Assembly (NCBI GenBank): GCA_051362555.1
Contig: CM120642.1
Coordinates: forward strand, 23,002,001-23,066,000
From: Lingula anatina
Taxonomy: Eukaryota > Animalia > Brachiopoda
Length of the DNA stretch: 64,000 nucleotides
Direction: 5' to 3'
The notes beneath the pieces were generated by a model. That model saw nothing but the letters and a program-made list of their open reading frames with translations, searched no databases and had not been told where the DNA came from. The translations under genes and the position numbers were made by a program. Positions 1 through 12,892 of the stretch are shown in pieces; the first letter of the stretch is position 1; every line of letters starts with the position of its first letter.

Positions 1-1
1 A

Positions 2-361
2 AGACGTGTTGTTGAGAATTCATTTGGGATCCTGGGAAACAGGTTCAGAGTATTCCTAACTCCAATAAATTTGAATCCTGACAAGGTCACCAACCTAATT
101 CTAGCTGCCTGTTGTTTACACAACTATATGGTCGACAAGAACAAGCACACATACCTAAATGTTCTTGATGTTGAAACTGGTGAAAGACACGAAATTGCAG
201 GGGGAGTATGGAGATATGATAAACAGTTGATTGGAATACAACCTGCACAGGGTCGTAATGCAACAAATGATGCAAAAAGACAGAGAGAACTATTAACATC
301 ATACTTTTCATCTGAATATGGCGCTGTTCCATGGCAAGAAAAATTATTGGGACTTGAGTGA
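2..361 (+). CDS. PIF/Harbinger transposase, C-terminal part (HARBI1-like DDE nuclease); 5' end outside window
   Basis: Frame from base 2 reads RRVVENSFGILGNRFRVFLTPINLNPDKVTNLILAACCLHNY...GAVPWQ, matching the Harbinger catalytic-E motif (RxxVENxFG) and the ACxxLHN motif. Confidence 0.9.
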   Translation, partial: RRVVENSFGILGNRFRVFLTPINLNPDKVTNLILAACCLHNYMVDKNKHTYLNVLDVETGERHEIAGGVWRYDKQLIGIQPAQGRNATNDAKRQRELLTSYFSSEYGAVPWQEKLLGLE

Positions 362-1998
362 ATAAAGGACTTGAGTGAATAAAGGTTGAAACCAATTATT
401 GTAAACAAGCATCACAAGGAGAATGTTATTTTGTAATTTGCAACTTCATGTTCAGTGAGTTAAATTTTTGAATTTGACCCTAAAGAATGTTTGTTTTGAA
501 TGTGGTGTTTCTCCAAAAAACTTTCTGATTCACACATTGTTTGTTTTGAATGTGGTGTTTCTCCAAAAAAAACTTTCTGATTTATACATATACTTGTATC
601 CTATTGGTTAAGGACTATTGTTATATCTATGTTTTGATATTCAAGCTTTTTTTTAAAAAATGTGAGACATGTTTGTATATACTGTCCATACTCCTATAAT
701 AAACAATGGGTCAGAAGAATGAATTCTGTGCTTTTGAATGAAAAAAAAAATCTGTTGTACAGAAGTTGGAATACCATCTAGAATGGATAAATGCTGTTGC
801 CTTGGTTATTAAAAATTAATAGTAGTTTTAAATATATTAGTTTGAAGGACTGATGTATCAATGGGAATACATAAATATCTAAGTATCATTTAGCATGTGT
901 AAAATTAAGATGTATATGAACAGGCATAAGACTTTGATGAAAGTATGTGAATTACATTGGTTTTTGACAAGGTTGACAAATAATTTGCAAAGGAATGCAC
1001 AGTAAAAATTTTAATATTGAGATGTTGAACTTTTATATAATAGTTGAAAGTTACAAAGTTGCAGTTTTTGATGTTGAATTTTTATATTTAAATAATAGTT
1101 AATTTGAGTTCCAAGGTTGCTAGAAAGGTACGAGGTAAGTTGGCAATGTAACTTTTGATAACTTACAATGCTGTATATATTTTTGGTCTTGTACATATAT
1201 GAAAATGGGCATAAGAATATGATAAAAGTATATGTATGACATCTATTATGTACATGGAATGACTATTTGACAATGTTGGCACAAATAACTGGTAAACAAT
1301 ATGTTAGAAAAGCATCAGTTGCTTAAATGTGTAGTGTTCGTACCCTCAAGGCATAGCTGAAAGGGGCTTTCTGTTGATTTGAATGTAGCACATAAAGTAA
1401 TTGATATCGTGTGTGGAATCCTGCATAAATTCCACATTGTGTAGACACTGTTAATCAACATGTTATTATCTAATTTGCAGCTAACCTGTATACATAAATA
1501 TTATTTTCTGTAGAGGCCCATAGGTAGGCCTATGCCTGGGACAGATACATATCACCTGTTAATATTGCACAACAAATAGTATGTAAATAAGTAGCAGCCA
1601 CATGTACACATAGATTCCCTGTAGATAATCTGTGTATAACTTGAAGCTTGTCCATAATAAATACACTTTTTGATCTGAGACTGAAGATGTGAGGTGTTCT
1701 GTTATGCTTCTCTGTGCACGTAAAGTGGAAGACTGAGTCATGTCGGAGCCCATAGATTAGTTTATTCGTTAATGGAAATTGATACACTGAAATTCAGTAC
1801 AGTTATAAATTAAAGTTAAAGTCATTTTAGACGGTTCACAACAGTGTGCTAGAAATTTGGGGATTTATAGTTAAAGATGTTAATCTTCTCATCAGTTACA
1901 GAATAAAAATAATGCATCAGAGTCCATTTTTTTACTCAACATGACCCTTACTGTACTTGGTACCCCTGATTGTGAAACAGCAAATAGTGCAGGCATAT

Positions 1999-2970
1999 TG
2001 TAACGATTGATGAACTTGTAGCCCTGAGATTCCATAAAATGGGAAACAACTCGCTGCTGATATCACTCAATAACAGGAAGTTATGTAATGTAATTAAAAT
2101 GATTCATTTACTGTAATTGGAGGCCAATTTACGATTATTTTAATTAATTGAAATGGACTTCGAGATCTGTTGTACTTATAATTGCCATTAAGGACACCAT
2201 TATTTGGGCGGCTGAACTTTAGTAGTTGAGGAACTGAAGAATGCCTTAAATTTACTCACAATCAAATATGGCACACGCCCATATAAAAGGAGTGTAACAG
2301 TAGCATGCGGCAGTCAGATACTTCCAGTATCAGGCTCACCACACCTCTCAGTGGCGAAGCTCTGTAGTTACTAGAAGATTCTCTCGACCTGCACGGTAGT
2401 ACGCCGATGAGGCTAACCGAGGTGTGCTATAACTGCAATAGAGAGATTTTACTTTCAGCCGAGACGACCCGCCAGCCGAAAGGACTTTCTCGTCGGGGAT
2501 TCCAGCTGAGCCGGGCCTCCAGCCGAGACGACTTTACTGCCGGGGATTCCAGCTGAGCCGAGCCGAGCCTCCAGCCGAGAAGACCTTCCTGCCGGGGATT
2601 CCAGCTGAGCCGGGCCTCCAGCTGAGATGACCTTCCTGCCAGGGATTCCAGCTGAGCCGGGCCTCCAGCCGAGACGACTTTCCTGCCGGGGATTACAGCT
2701 GAGATGGGTTTCCAGCAGAGACAATCTTCCTGCCGGGGATCTCAGCCAGCTGAGACTACTGTCCTGCCAGGTTCCTATCCGAGACGACCTGCCAGCCAGC
2801 CGGGTTCCTAGCTGAGACAGCCAGGTATGCAGTAGATACAGCCGAGCACAGACAGTGGTGATCCAGCTTTTTCTGAGGGCCGAGTTAAGTCACCGTGCCC
2901 GCCACTTACCATAAATACAGAGAGCCGGACTTGTATTTATAGGGAGAGACACTAGGGAGAGCACGCTACA
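1999..2970 (+). mobile_element. Solo LTR (Gypsy-like), 972 bp
   Basis: TGTAACG...CGCTACA termini (6/7 inverted match), 4-bp TSD ATAT at 1995-1998 and 2971-2974, TATAAAA at 2282, no coding sequence. Confidence 0.75.
2456..2820. repeat. GC-rich ~47-bp minisatellite inside the solo LTR
   Basis: Repeated GCCGAGACGAC...CCGGGGATTCCAGCTGAGCCGGGCCTCCA units at ~2522, 2574, 2621, 2668, with degenerate flanking copies. Confidence 0.9.
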
Positions 2971-3021
2971 ATATTATATAATTGTGTTTATATTATTATA
3001 CATAAAGAAGAATCTACTTAC

Positions 3022-3659
3022 ATTGTCCAGATTAGATATTGATGGCCTAATTGAAATGTACTGTTCAAGAAATCCATCTTGTCTTTTTGGCTTCTTCACT
3101 AGGCTTTGGCTTCTTTGCCTTTGTGTAGCTGTTACGAAGGGATCTGATTTTGGCTTTCACCAAAGAAGCTGAAAATGTAAATAGTATAACATTTAGCAAA
3201 AAAAAAAAAAAAAAAAGAAGAAAAGAAAAATTTTGGAGGGGCAGGTAGGCCTAAAAAGGTGTCAGTTCAGGAAAATCCCCTTTTTAAAATAGTTTATATT
3301 TTTTTATAGGCTTATCTTTTTAAAATTTAAACAGTTTGACATTAAAATGCTTGAAAATCATTCATTGTTTGACGTGCACGCTGAGGCTATGCCTAATGCA
3401 TTGAACGAGAGCGTGATTGAATTTTAATTTTTATTCAAACAACAAGAACTTGAAAAAGACAACAGACATGCTGAAGCCTAGCAATTTCCTCACCGGTTTG
3501 TTCCAGTTGATTTGCTATCTTTTCAATGGCAAGGTCACGTTTATCTTTATCTTTAAAGTCAGAAGACCTTATGTCATACAAGCATGGATGTTCTTGCCAT
3601 ATATCAACAAACTTGTCTTCCAATATGGCCTCAGACACGACCTCATTGGGGGCTGCCAT
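3022..3659 (-). pseudogene. MADF (Myb/SANT-like) DNA-binding partner gene of Harbinger; exons 3659-3494 and ~3168-3022, frameshifted in exon 2
   Basis: MAAPNEVVSEAILEDKFVDIWQEHPCLYDIRSSDFKDKDKR..., GTGAG donor at 3493, TTTCAG acceptor. Exon 2 reads SLVKAKIRSLRNSYTK, then DKMDFL and IRPSISNL in shifted frames, then a GTAAGT donor. Confidence 0.8.
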
Positions 3660-3898
3660 TTTTGTCTGTTTCCGGCTACCAGCACATGCGCACTGTTGGC
3701 ATGGCGTGAGCAATCGGCACTTGCACCCCGCACACGCTGAGACATTTGCCTCAAGAGACCAAAAAAATCAAACACGTGAGAAATTTTGCTCAGCCGCGCG
3801 AGAGGCAAAAATCTCACCAAAATACCCCCGCACACGATGAAAAAACGGCGCAGTGCAAGTGGCGCGCGCCAAATGCTCACCATGTGCGGGCCCCTTTA

Positions 3899-4412
3899 TT
3901 ATCCGTGGATGGCGCGTTAAGTGATGACGTCATTGCAAAATAACACAAAGATGTTACTGCAGTCGGTCTTAGGGTTTATGTCATAAATTGTGACCTACTT
4001 TTACCGGAACACTTTACAGTAATCCGACCTTGACACTTTGGCAGCATGTATGATTAAGTCCAGCAACATGTATGATGCTGACATTAAAAACGTGACTGGG
4101 AGGCTGCTGTCAAGGGCCAATGAACTCTGGCAGCATGTAGCCAGTAGTGACAACAGGACTACTCCTACTAAAACTAACTTTGCTACTGACATATCCACAT
4201 CCAGTTCCAGTCGGTCAACTGACAGTGCAAGCACTTTTTGGAAGTTTGCACCGAGTAGAGCAGAATCAAAGTCTAACTTGAAGACAGAGTCAGACTCGAA
4301 CTCGAGGGTAAGCAAATTTCTATCAATCAATCATGTCTGCTGACTAAAAAACTTTTTTATTTAAAGAACAATTATGTTGTCAGTTTAAAGCCATTGCCCA
4401 TCATTACCCGGT
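3899..4412. repeat. Unclassified ~500-bp interspersed repeat, copy 1
   Basis: Collinear direct-orientation similarity with 25820-26342 (e.g. GTCGGTCTTAGGGTTTATGTC, ACATATCCACATCCAGTTCCAGTCGGTCAA). Confidence 0.85.
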
Positions 4413-4998
4413 ACTATGTAGCCTATATTCCAAAAAAGGAATCAAATTGACTATTGCCTAGCTAAAGGCCTAATTAACTAACTTTTAGGCCTACTATGCT
4501 AGGCTAATAAAGCCATGAAGCAAGGGCAAATAGCCATATAATAGGCTAATGCCTACCTAGCCTAGCTACATGTACATGTACTGGTACATGTGCTTATTGA
4601 CTAACTAGGCCTAGGCTATTATACTTGATTTGTGATAGGCCTTACATATATAGCCCGATTAAGGCAAGATGGGCTATTTGTAAAGTGGGCTAGTGTAGCT
4701 GAGGTTTATGTTAAAGCTTGCAGCCTTTTTCTCATGAATGAACCTGCCAACTTTTTGTAGGGTGATCAGCAGCAGCAATCTGCACCAGTCCTAGGCCTAT
4801 CACGACAACAACTACAGCAAAGAAGGAGAAGTAGACCGCACAATCCATATGAAAATGAAGAGCTGTGTAAGTCTGGTAAGAAAATATGAATAATGTATTA
4901 CTCATTTCGATTGCATACTTTTATTACCTTTATTCCAAACTGGAATTACCACACATCTGCTGAGACCTATGATCATATATATATATATATATATATAT

Positions 4999-7123
4999 CT
5001 GTCATTCTTTGCTAGTGGTTACAAAATGTTGAATTTGACCGAAAATTTCAAACTTTCTCTGGGAAGCTGTAATTTTGCGATGTGATAGCTACACCATCAC
5101 AGTTTATCATTTCATAAAAAGGGAAACAGCAGCTGCCCTTTTTAGGGCACACAGGAGAGTTGAACAGCTATACCCACCAAATCCAAGACGCGTTACCCTG
5201 GGTAATATATTTTGCACAAACTAATGAAAGTCTAATGGAATGTTTTCAGTTTTAGTTTAAATCATAAGGGGGTGTTGTCTCAATGCTTCAAAACTGGTTT
5301 TGAAGAATTTAATCCACATTTCATAATTAATAAAAATGGTGAATATGTGGGTCATGGTAACGTTATTGACGCGGGTCGAAAACTTTTTATAATCATGTAA
5401 ATAATAACAATATTTTTGCTATTATCCATACACACTTCATTCATGAGGGGCACACCACTTTCACATGCTTTTAAAATGGAATTGACAAACACAGAGGAAT
5501 AATTCACATATTTTATTTACTGTAACTCTGTCATATGGGACACACACTGAACAAAGTTGATCTAAAGAATGTTCCAGATTGTAGTTTTTTATCAGAACTA
5601 TTATTTTTTTATTATTATTTTAACACAATAAAGTTCAGTTAAATACAAAATTTAACAAAATGAAGTTCATTGTAACACAAAGTTCATAATTATAACATTC
5701 TTCCTGACATGAAGACCAATGGTGATATCTGTTCTGTGCTCACTAAGGCATCCACTCTTCGGATTCTGAAAAAAAATCACACAAAGAATCTGTTAACTCT
5801 GATAACGAACAATGGATAACCTAAGATCACAAATAGTTTATTGCTTATTCAAACAAAGTACAGTGCATTATGAGTGGCAAACACGCATTACTGAGACACA
5901 TTTTCTTCACCCATTTTCGGTGCTTCATTGCGTAACGTAAGTGTTGCTAGTAATCCATTATTGCTGTTTTTACAGACGGTTAAATTTTAAACGCACGGAA
6001 TACAGTGTAGCAGCTTAATTTAAGACAAAACTAAAAAAAAGTAATTCAATTTCGATGATTGAGTTTTCGAGAACAAGAGAACATGAATACGGTATCACCG
6101 CGTCACCATGTTCAATATGACCTTTAGTCCCCCATGTGAAACAGACGCAAAACGAAAGTTCAGACGAAGTCACCCTACTTATAGAATGGTAAAAATCAAT
6201 CGGTACACAAATATGTTGAAACAATTGAAGAAAAATGAAACGAAACTCATTATTTCTCACCTTCATACAAAGAAGATCCCAATAAACAATCCTGTGACGG
6301 TTAAATCGAGGGAATTACACCTGTGCCCTGCATCCTATCTCGACAGCGTCATTGCGTTATGCGTTATCAGAATGGGCCACCCGCCAGTTTGAGCTGGTTT
6401 TTTTAGTGTGCAAAAGAAGCCATTCGTGTGTAAGACGTCATCAGTTAGTGAGTATGGAAGAAGATCGCTATCGATGTATAATTTTCACGCGGCATTTTAA
6501 AGTCGTCTGATAAAAATCGATCTCTGAAGTTTCAGCGTTGCGAACGTTATATTGGGACGCGGTGAAGAAAAATCGACCTTGCTGAGCAATAAATGTGAAA
6601 TTCTTAAGAAAACTGATATTATCTTGGATTTCGTGACACAAACTAACCGACATACTACTTTGGACGATTGAACAGTTTTAATACGGAAAGATAGGATTAG
6701 ATGAAATTTTCATCGGGGTGGGACACCGCATGTATCGTAAGTTAAGCTAATTTTGTGATCATTTTTCAGTGACTTCAAATAAATTTTTATTTAAATAACA
6801 ATTTGCACATTCTGTTTATTATATCTTCTTGCAGTAGATGTATTTCCTGCTTCAATAATCCATTCAAACCCTAAACAAACTGTTCTTAAATAGAGGTAGG
6901 GTCAAAATTCCACAAAAAAGGACGCCATTTTGAGGGTTATTTCGATATATTTTCTGCTTTTTCTATTTTTTTGCTTTTATAACAACATCCTCCTTGCTCA
7001 TGCAGCTTCTTTGATTTGTTATTGAAACATACACAACGATGTCATGAGAATTTGGTTGGCTATCTAAATTTAAATAACATTCTTGTTATGGCCCCCCTGC
7101 AGTGCACCACTAGCAAAGAATGA

Positions 7124-7126
<3 letters not shown>
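4999..7126. mobile_element. Non-autonomous TIR DNA transposon inserted in a (TA)n microsatellite
   Basis: Left CTGTCATTCTTTGCTAGTGGT and right ACCACTAGCAAAGAATGACTG form a 21-bp TIR with 1 mismatch. (TA)n directly flanks both ends. No long ORF. Confidence 0.8.
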
Positions 7127-7196
<70 letters not shown>

Positions 7197-8325
7197 CAGA
7201 AAAAGTGAAAACATTCACAAAAGCAATAATTGTCCTTAATGAAATACATGTAGATTGTAGTCCAACAGGTGAATATAGGGAAGTTTGGCGTAGACAAACG
7301 ATGTTTTATGGCAACGGTTAACTTAATTGATTTCATGGGCCGTTGCGAACTTTCATCAGCGGGGGGAAACGGCATCTGGTATTACCAGGTTAGGAGCGTA
7401 AACAAGGTATTGGCATCTGGAATTCACTGTATTAAGCTCCTTAAAATTTATCTGTCCATCGGGGAGACCCGGCAGCTTTGAAGCGTCACTTTTGCTGAAA
7501 TTTGCAGCACTAAATCCGGGACTCTCTTTTAGGCACGCACTGCCGCATTTATTCAGTAAATTCTCTGCGGAAAGCATAGCATTCAAGATTGATTATACAA
7601 GTTGCGCCTCGCTGGAAATTTTTTCGTTCCTGCCACCTTCCCCGTCTCCTCCTTCATGCAGTTATTCACAAATGATAAACATGGATTCATAAATTCAATA
7701 TATTTGAAAAGTAAAATTATTTGCTATGTTTAATAATTATGTATTTATGTTGGGCGTTAACGGGAGTCACCCTAACAATTTTATGAAAAGGAGTAAAAGA
7801 GCGGAGCGTAACAGATTGTGAAATGCGTACCGACATACCATGGGCCCAGAGGCCCAACTGCTCCATGATAAGTTCTGAAAGAGAAATCTGTACACAGGGA
7901 AATGTCCGTAATACATCCTCTACATAATTAAAGGTGGGAAATTTTAAAAAGCGCCAAAGAAGACTGAAAAATGTTTAGCCCCAGTGTCCCCACTTCCCTC
8001 GACTTCTAGACACCAGACTAAATCTATCCCTTTGCACGCCCAGGTAGACACTTAACTTAAAGATAAGATTTGGGGGAATCAGTTTATTGAGTTGGCGCTT
8101 CTTTTACAAGACCAATCGACTTTGTTGCCCCAACCCGGTGATCCCCTCCCCTTAGCCATGGAGACACATAATGGCCAGTTAACTCTGGTAGTTTCTCAAG
8201 GTAAAAAACCTCAGATCTCTTCCCTCAGTGTGTGGACCACTGCTTTCCATACTTTTTATGTCTATTTACAGATTGAAGTATCCTCACGAGTTTCCTAATT
8301 TGTTGAAATATGCAGAGGACATTAA

Positions 8326-9525
8326 CTCATTGTCCCCTACCGCCGTCATTTGCCGTCGATGTTTTCCAGTTTCTATCCCGAGCGTCGTCATTTGACGTCG
8401 TAATATTAATAGTACCCCTTCCCGACTGCCGTCGTATGACGGCATCCAATATGGCGCCCCCCTTGCCTAGCGACTTCATATGACGGCATGAGAAAGAAAC
8501 TACGATTGGTAAGTTTTAAATAGCTTGTTTTGTGATTGGTTGTTGGTTTTCTTTTAGCCAATAAAAATTAGAATACCATAGTACATAATGTAAACATTAT
8601 ACGGGCCGCGGGAGATACGCACATGGAGGAAATACAAAGAATTTTTGAGGAGAGCTCTGGGTCTGAATTTTCTGGATTTAATAGTGAAAGCGAGTCTGAC
8701 AGCGATGATTTTAGCGATATTTCTTTGAATAACACCACAAATACAGAGTCTTTTGATGAAATAGATAACAGTAGTGAAGATTTTAGAAGAAATCAATGGA
8801 AAAACGATCTAGTAGGGGTGGATAAAGAGCCTTTCTGTGGCGAGGAGCCTGGATGCACACACGAACTGACAGGTGACAAAGATGAACTAGATTTTTTTAA
8901 ACTGTTTTTCTCTGATGAGATACTGAATATTTTGGTTGAAAATACCAATTTATATGCAGCATATAAAGGCGCCAATGACTCCAAGTGGAGAGAAATTTCA
9001 CTGCCGGAACTAAAAGCATGGCTTGGGATCAGGGTTGCCATGAGTATCTTGTACCTGCCACGCTACGACCAGTACTGGTCAAATGATTACCTTTTAGGTA
9101 ATCTTTTCATACCAACAGTGATGACCAGGGACAGGTTTGACAAGATTCAGCAGTATTTTCATGCAAACAAAACATGGGGGGGAGATCTCCCAGACAGAGG
9201 GGAACCTGACCATGACAGACTGTTGCATGTTAGGCCCATTCTTGACATATTAAATCAAAAATGCCTTCAAAATTATAATCCACACCAAAACACCAGTGTG
9301 GATGAAGGTATGATTGCATTCAGGGGACGACTAGGCTTTCGCCAATATTTACCAGCCAAGCCTACAAAATATGGGATAAAAGTTTGGGTGAGAGCAGACC
9401 CTGAAAATGGTTACCTAAATGAATTCCAGGTAAGTTTAATCTAGTATTTTGATCACACAGTTAGTTTAAATAATTACTAGTATGCTTGCAAAACTTAATA
9501 AGTGCTATGGGTGTTTTAAATTTTT

Positions 9526-9577
<52 letters not shown>

Positions 9578-11495
9578 AGAATAGAAACAAGACTATGATG
9601 TTCCAAGTGAGTGCAAGTTTATTATTATTATTTATTATTATTATTTTTTTTTTTACAGATTTACACTGGTAGACAAGGAAATCGAGGTCAGCCCGAGATT
9701 GGTTTAGGTGCCAGAGTTGTACTAGACCTCTGTGAAAACATCAGTGGCGTCAACCATATTGTTAATATGGACAATTATTTCTCTAGTCCACAGTTATTTG
9801 AAGAGTTGCTGGATATGAATATCTATGCCAGGGGGACAGTGAGGTCCAACAGGAGGGGTTATCCCAGCAACCTTCTTCCAAATAACTGCGTTAAGGTTCA
9901 AGGGGAGAACAGAATGGTACAGAAAGGAGAAATGATAGCAGTGGCATGGAAGGACAAGAAAGTTATACATTTCCTTTCCACTGCAGAGGATCCAGCATCT
10001 GCAATTGGCTACACAAACAGAAAGCAGAAAACTGGAGAAATTCTGCGAGTTTCTTGTCCGGTGACAGTCTCAGAGTATAATGCCTACATGAATGGAGTGG
10101 ACAGGGCAGATCAACTACGAAATGAGTACTGCACCTACAGAACCTCAAAGAAATGGTGGCTCTATGTTTTCTGGTTTCTGTTTGATGTAGCCAAATGCAA
10201 TGCCTTCATCTGTATGAAAGAGTCACAGAACCACATCCTTCAATCAAAATCTGGAAGGGTTTTGCCTCGTACTCTGATGGATTTTACCATGAATTTATCC
10301 AAGAGGCTCATCGGAACATATCGCAACGGTCGGAAGAGAAAACTTACCTCAAATGTAGACCCCCAGGGCACAAGTCACTTACCTCGGAAAACTGTGAAGG
10401 CAGGTAGATGTAGGCAGTGCAGCAAAAATGGACAAAGAAGGGAGTCCAGGGTACAGAGCTCTGGTTGCAGTGTCAGCCCGTGTATTGACTGTTTTGAACC
10501 ATATCATCAACATCTGTAACTATGTCACCTTTATTTCACATGTGCCAAATTAATTTTATTTTTATAATCTCTTGAACTGAACATGTAGAATGTCTTGAAC
10601 TTGAACATGTAGAACTTTAACATGTAGAATGTTGGTACATGTATTGAATACATTTTATCAAATACTAGTATTTTATTTTCTTCTATAAATTTGCGGGTAA
10701 TTTGTATCTGCTCATTGCTCACTGTAAGTAGTCAGTATATACTTAAAGAAAATATTAAATATAGTTTTTATAGTCACAGTTTTTGTAGTCATAACATATA
10801 TAGTGTAGCTTTTTTGTGTCTACACAATGTACATGCTCATTAAATGCTCATGTTTTATATCATATATTAAGTTTTCTTTTCAGTATTGATTATAAAAACA
10901 ATATTTATACTTATATATTTAGAAAATTGCATTTTTACTATTGTTTATCAATCCTTTGTGCCAATTATTTTATATTTGACAGTGTGTTTATTTTAGTTAT
11001 AAAAGTCAGATAACCTCAACAGTATTCGTTGTGAGATTTGTGGTGCTAACTGCATTATGAATTAGAAACTTTTATTGTTATCTGGTGCTCATGTTTGAAT
11101 TATATTTTGTAGAATTTTATTAAGTCTCTACTTTGATACTTAATGATATATTCTCAACAAGTATTACATTTTACATAGATTTAATAAACATTTTTTTACT
11201 TATATTCATTGTTTTGTATTACAGATCAAATACTTCAGACTTGATCTTCTTCATTCAATAAATAACAAAATCCTAAATATGTTCAGTTATAAAGAATTTT
11301 AAATTAAACAAATTTCATGTCTTATAAAGCCCAACAAAATGAAATAAACAAAACAACAGTGATTGAGGGCAGCCATATTGGATTTCCTTAGGGATATGGG
11401 AGAGTGCAGACAGTGGCGCCACCACCTGGTGGTGGCCAGATTTGGTATTAATGGCTGTAGGGCATAGAGCAGTATTCACTACAGGGGACAATGAG
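8326..11495 (+). mobile_element. Full-length piggyBac transposon, 3170 bp
   Basis: Perfect 13-bp TIR CTCATTGTCCCCT / AGGGGACAATGAG, TTAA TSD at 8322-8325 and 11496-11499, subterminal CGTC-N4-GACG palindromes at 8385-8490. Confidence 0.95.
8623..10519 (+). CDS. piggyBac transposase (PGBD4-like), 2 exons 8623-9429 + 9659-10519, 555 aa
   Basis: Catalytic DDD in SVDEGM, NMDNYFSS and MNGVDRADQ; KPTKYGIK motif; C-terminal Cys-rich domain; phase-0 GTAAGT...TTACAG intron joins EFQ|IYTG. Confidence 0.93.
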
Positions 11496-11992
11496 TTAAA
11501 GTTTTGGCGGGTCTTAGGGGGGACTGGCTGGCGTACGACCGCACATACAGAAGTAACAAGGAGAGGTCAGGTGACCCCTGGCAAGATATTAATTGGGACT
11601 TGTGGAATAGAGCACTTCTCAACTCCCGCCCCCAATTTAGCCCTCAACACCGCCCCAGAGCCTTAAATAAATACTCAAAGCACAGGCAGCCCTTTCGTAA
11701 GTATTTCCCAGCAGGGGTATGCTTCAAGTTTCATTCAGGAGGGACCTGCTCTGGGAACTGTGGTTATGCCCACAGATGCTATGTCTGTTCAGGTTCCCAC
11801 TCAGCCGCAAAATGCAGGGCTAACACTAATCATCAAGAGGGCGGACTACCTCTCGCCCAGTCAACTCTGCCCTCCCAGCTAGAACCACCAAGACCCCCAC
11901 CTCAAACTCACAAAGTTCTCAAAACGCCAGTAGACCCTAATAAACTGAATAGTTATTTGTCTGGCTACCCTGCATTGTTAAGACGTAAGTAA

Positions 11993-12892
11993 GTGGCGGG
12001 TTTTAGAGTAGGTTTTAGGCTAGGCCACATTCAATATTCTTCTTCTGCTTGTAATCATAGGTCTGCCTTGGACAGGCCCGAAGTCGTGGATCAAAAATTG
12101 TCTTCCGAACTTAATCTAGGTAGATTAGCTGGTCCTTTCAATTTAAAACCTTTTTCCCATTTGGCCATATCGCCCATAGGTCTACATCCAAAGAAAGATC
12201 CTGGCAAATTCAGACTCATTCATGACCTGTCTTTTCCCCCCGAGGGTCAATCGGTCAATGATAGTATTGATAAAGAATTTTCCTCGGTGCAGTACCACAA
12301 TATAGAGAAAGCAATAGAACTTATCAATAAGTCTGGTCGATCTTCATGGCTGGCTAAGACGGATGTAGAATTGGCTTTTAGAATTCTCATGGTCCACCTT
12401 CCTGATCAACACTTGCTTGGTTTCACGTGGAGAGGTCAGTTTTACTTTGACACTCATCTGCCAATGGGTTGCTCCTCCTCATGTAAGATATTTGAGATGT
12501 TTAGCACTTCCCTCCAATGGATTGCAGAAACGAAACTTAAGGCTCATTCTATGGTTCATATCCTTGACGATTTTCTTTTTATAGCCCCCACCTTTGAGAA
12601 ATGTCAAAAGGATCTTAATAATTTTTTGTCGTTCTGTCAGGACATAGGTGTGCCTATTGCAGCTGAGAAGACTTACGGCAGTAGTAAAATGCTGCCATTT
12701 GCAGGCATTGAACTGGACACTGAACTGATGGAAGCTCGACTCCCTGAGGATAAGGTTTCCAAATGCAGGTCCCTTATACATGACTTTCTTGGTCGGTCTA
12801 AGGTTACCCTGAATCAATTACAGTCTCTTTTAGGGCTTCTTAATTTCATGTGTTCAGTAATTTTACCAGGTAGGGCTTTTCTCCGCAGATAG
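11993..12892 (+). pseudogene. Reverse transcriptase of DIRS-like element A (truncated before RNase H)
   Basis: PKKDPGKFRLIHDLSFP, KTDVELAFR, LPMGCSSSC, HILDDFLF, FAGIELDT, PGRAFLRR. Confidence 0.92.

Larger units (their letters stand above)
1..3895 (+). mobile_element. Harbinger element, right portion (transposase plus convergent MADF gene)
   Basis: Convergent transposase/MADF pair. Candidate terminus ...CATGTGCGGGCCCCT followed by TTA (3896-3898). CCCGCACA motifs at ~3728 and ~3827, inverted at ~3883. Left end not in window. Confidence 0.65.
7981..12892 (+). mobile_element. DIRS/Ngaro-type retroelement fragment A (gag + RT), interrupted by piggyBac and 3'-truncated
   Basis: Gag: IPLHAQVDT*LKDKIWGNQFIELALLL...WTTAF...LLKYAEDI|KVLAGLRGDWLAYDRTYR...CFKFH-C-C-HRCYVCSGSH-C knuckle, followed by RT. 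Confidence 0.85.
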
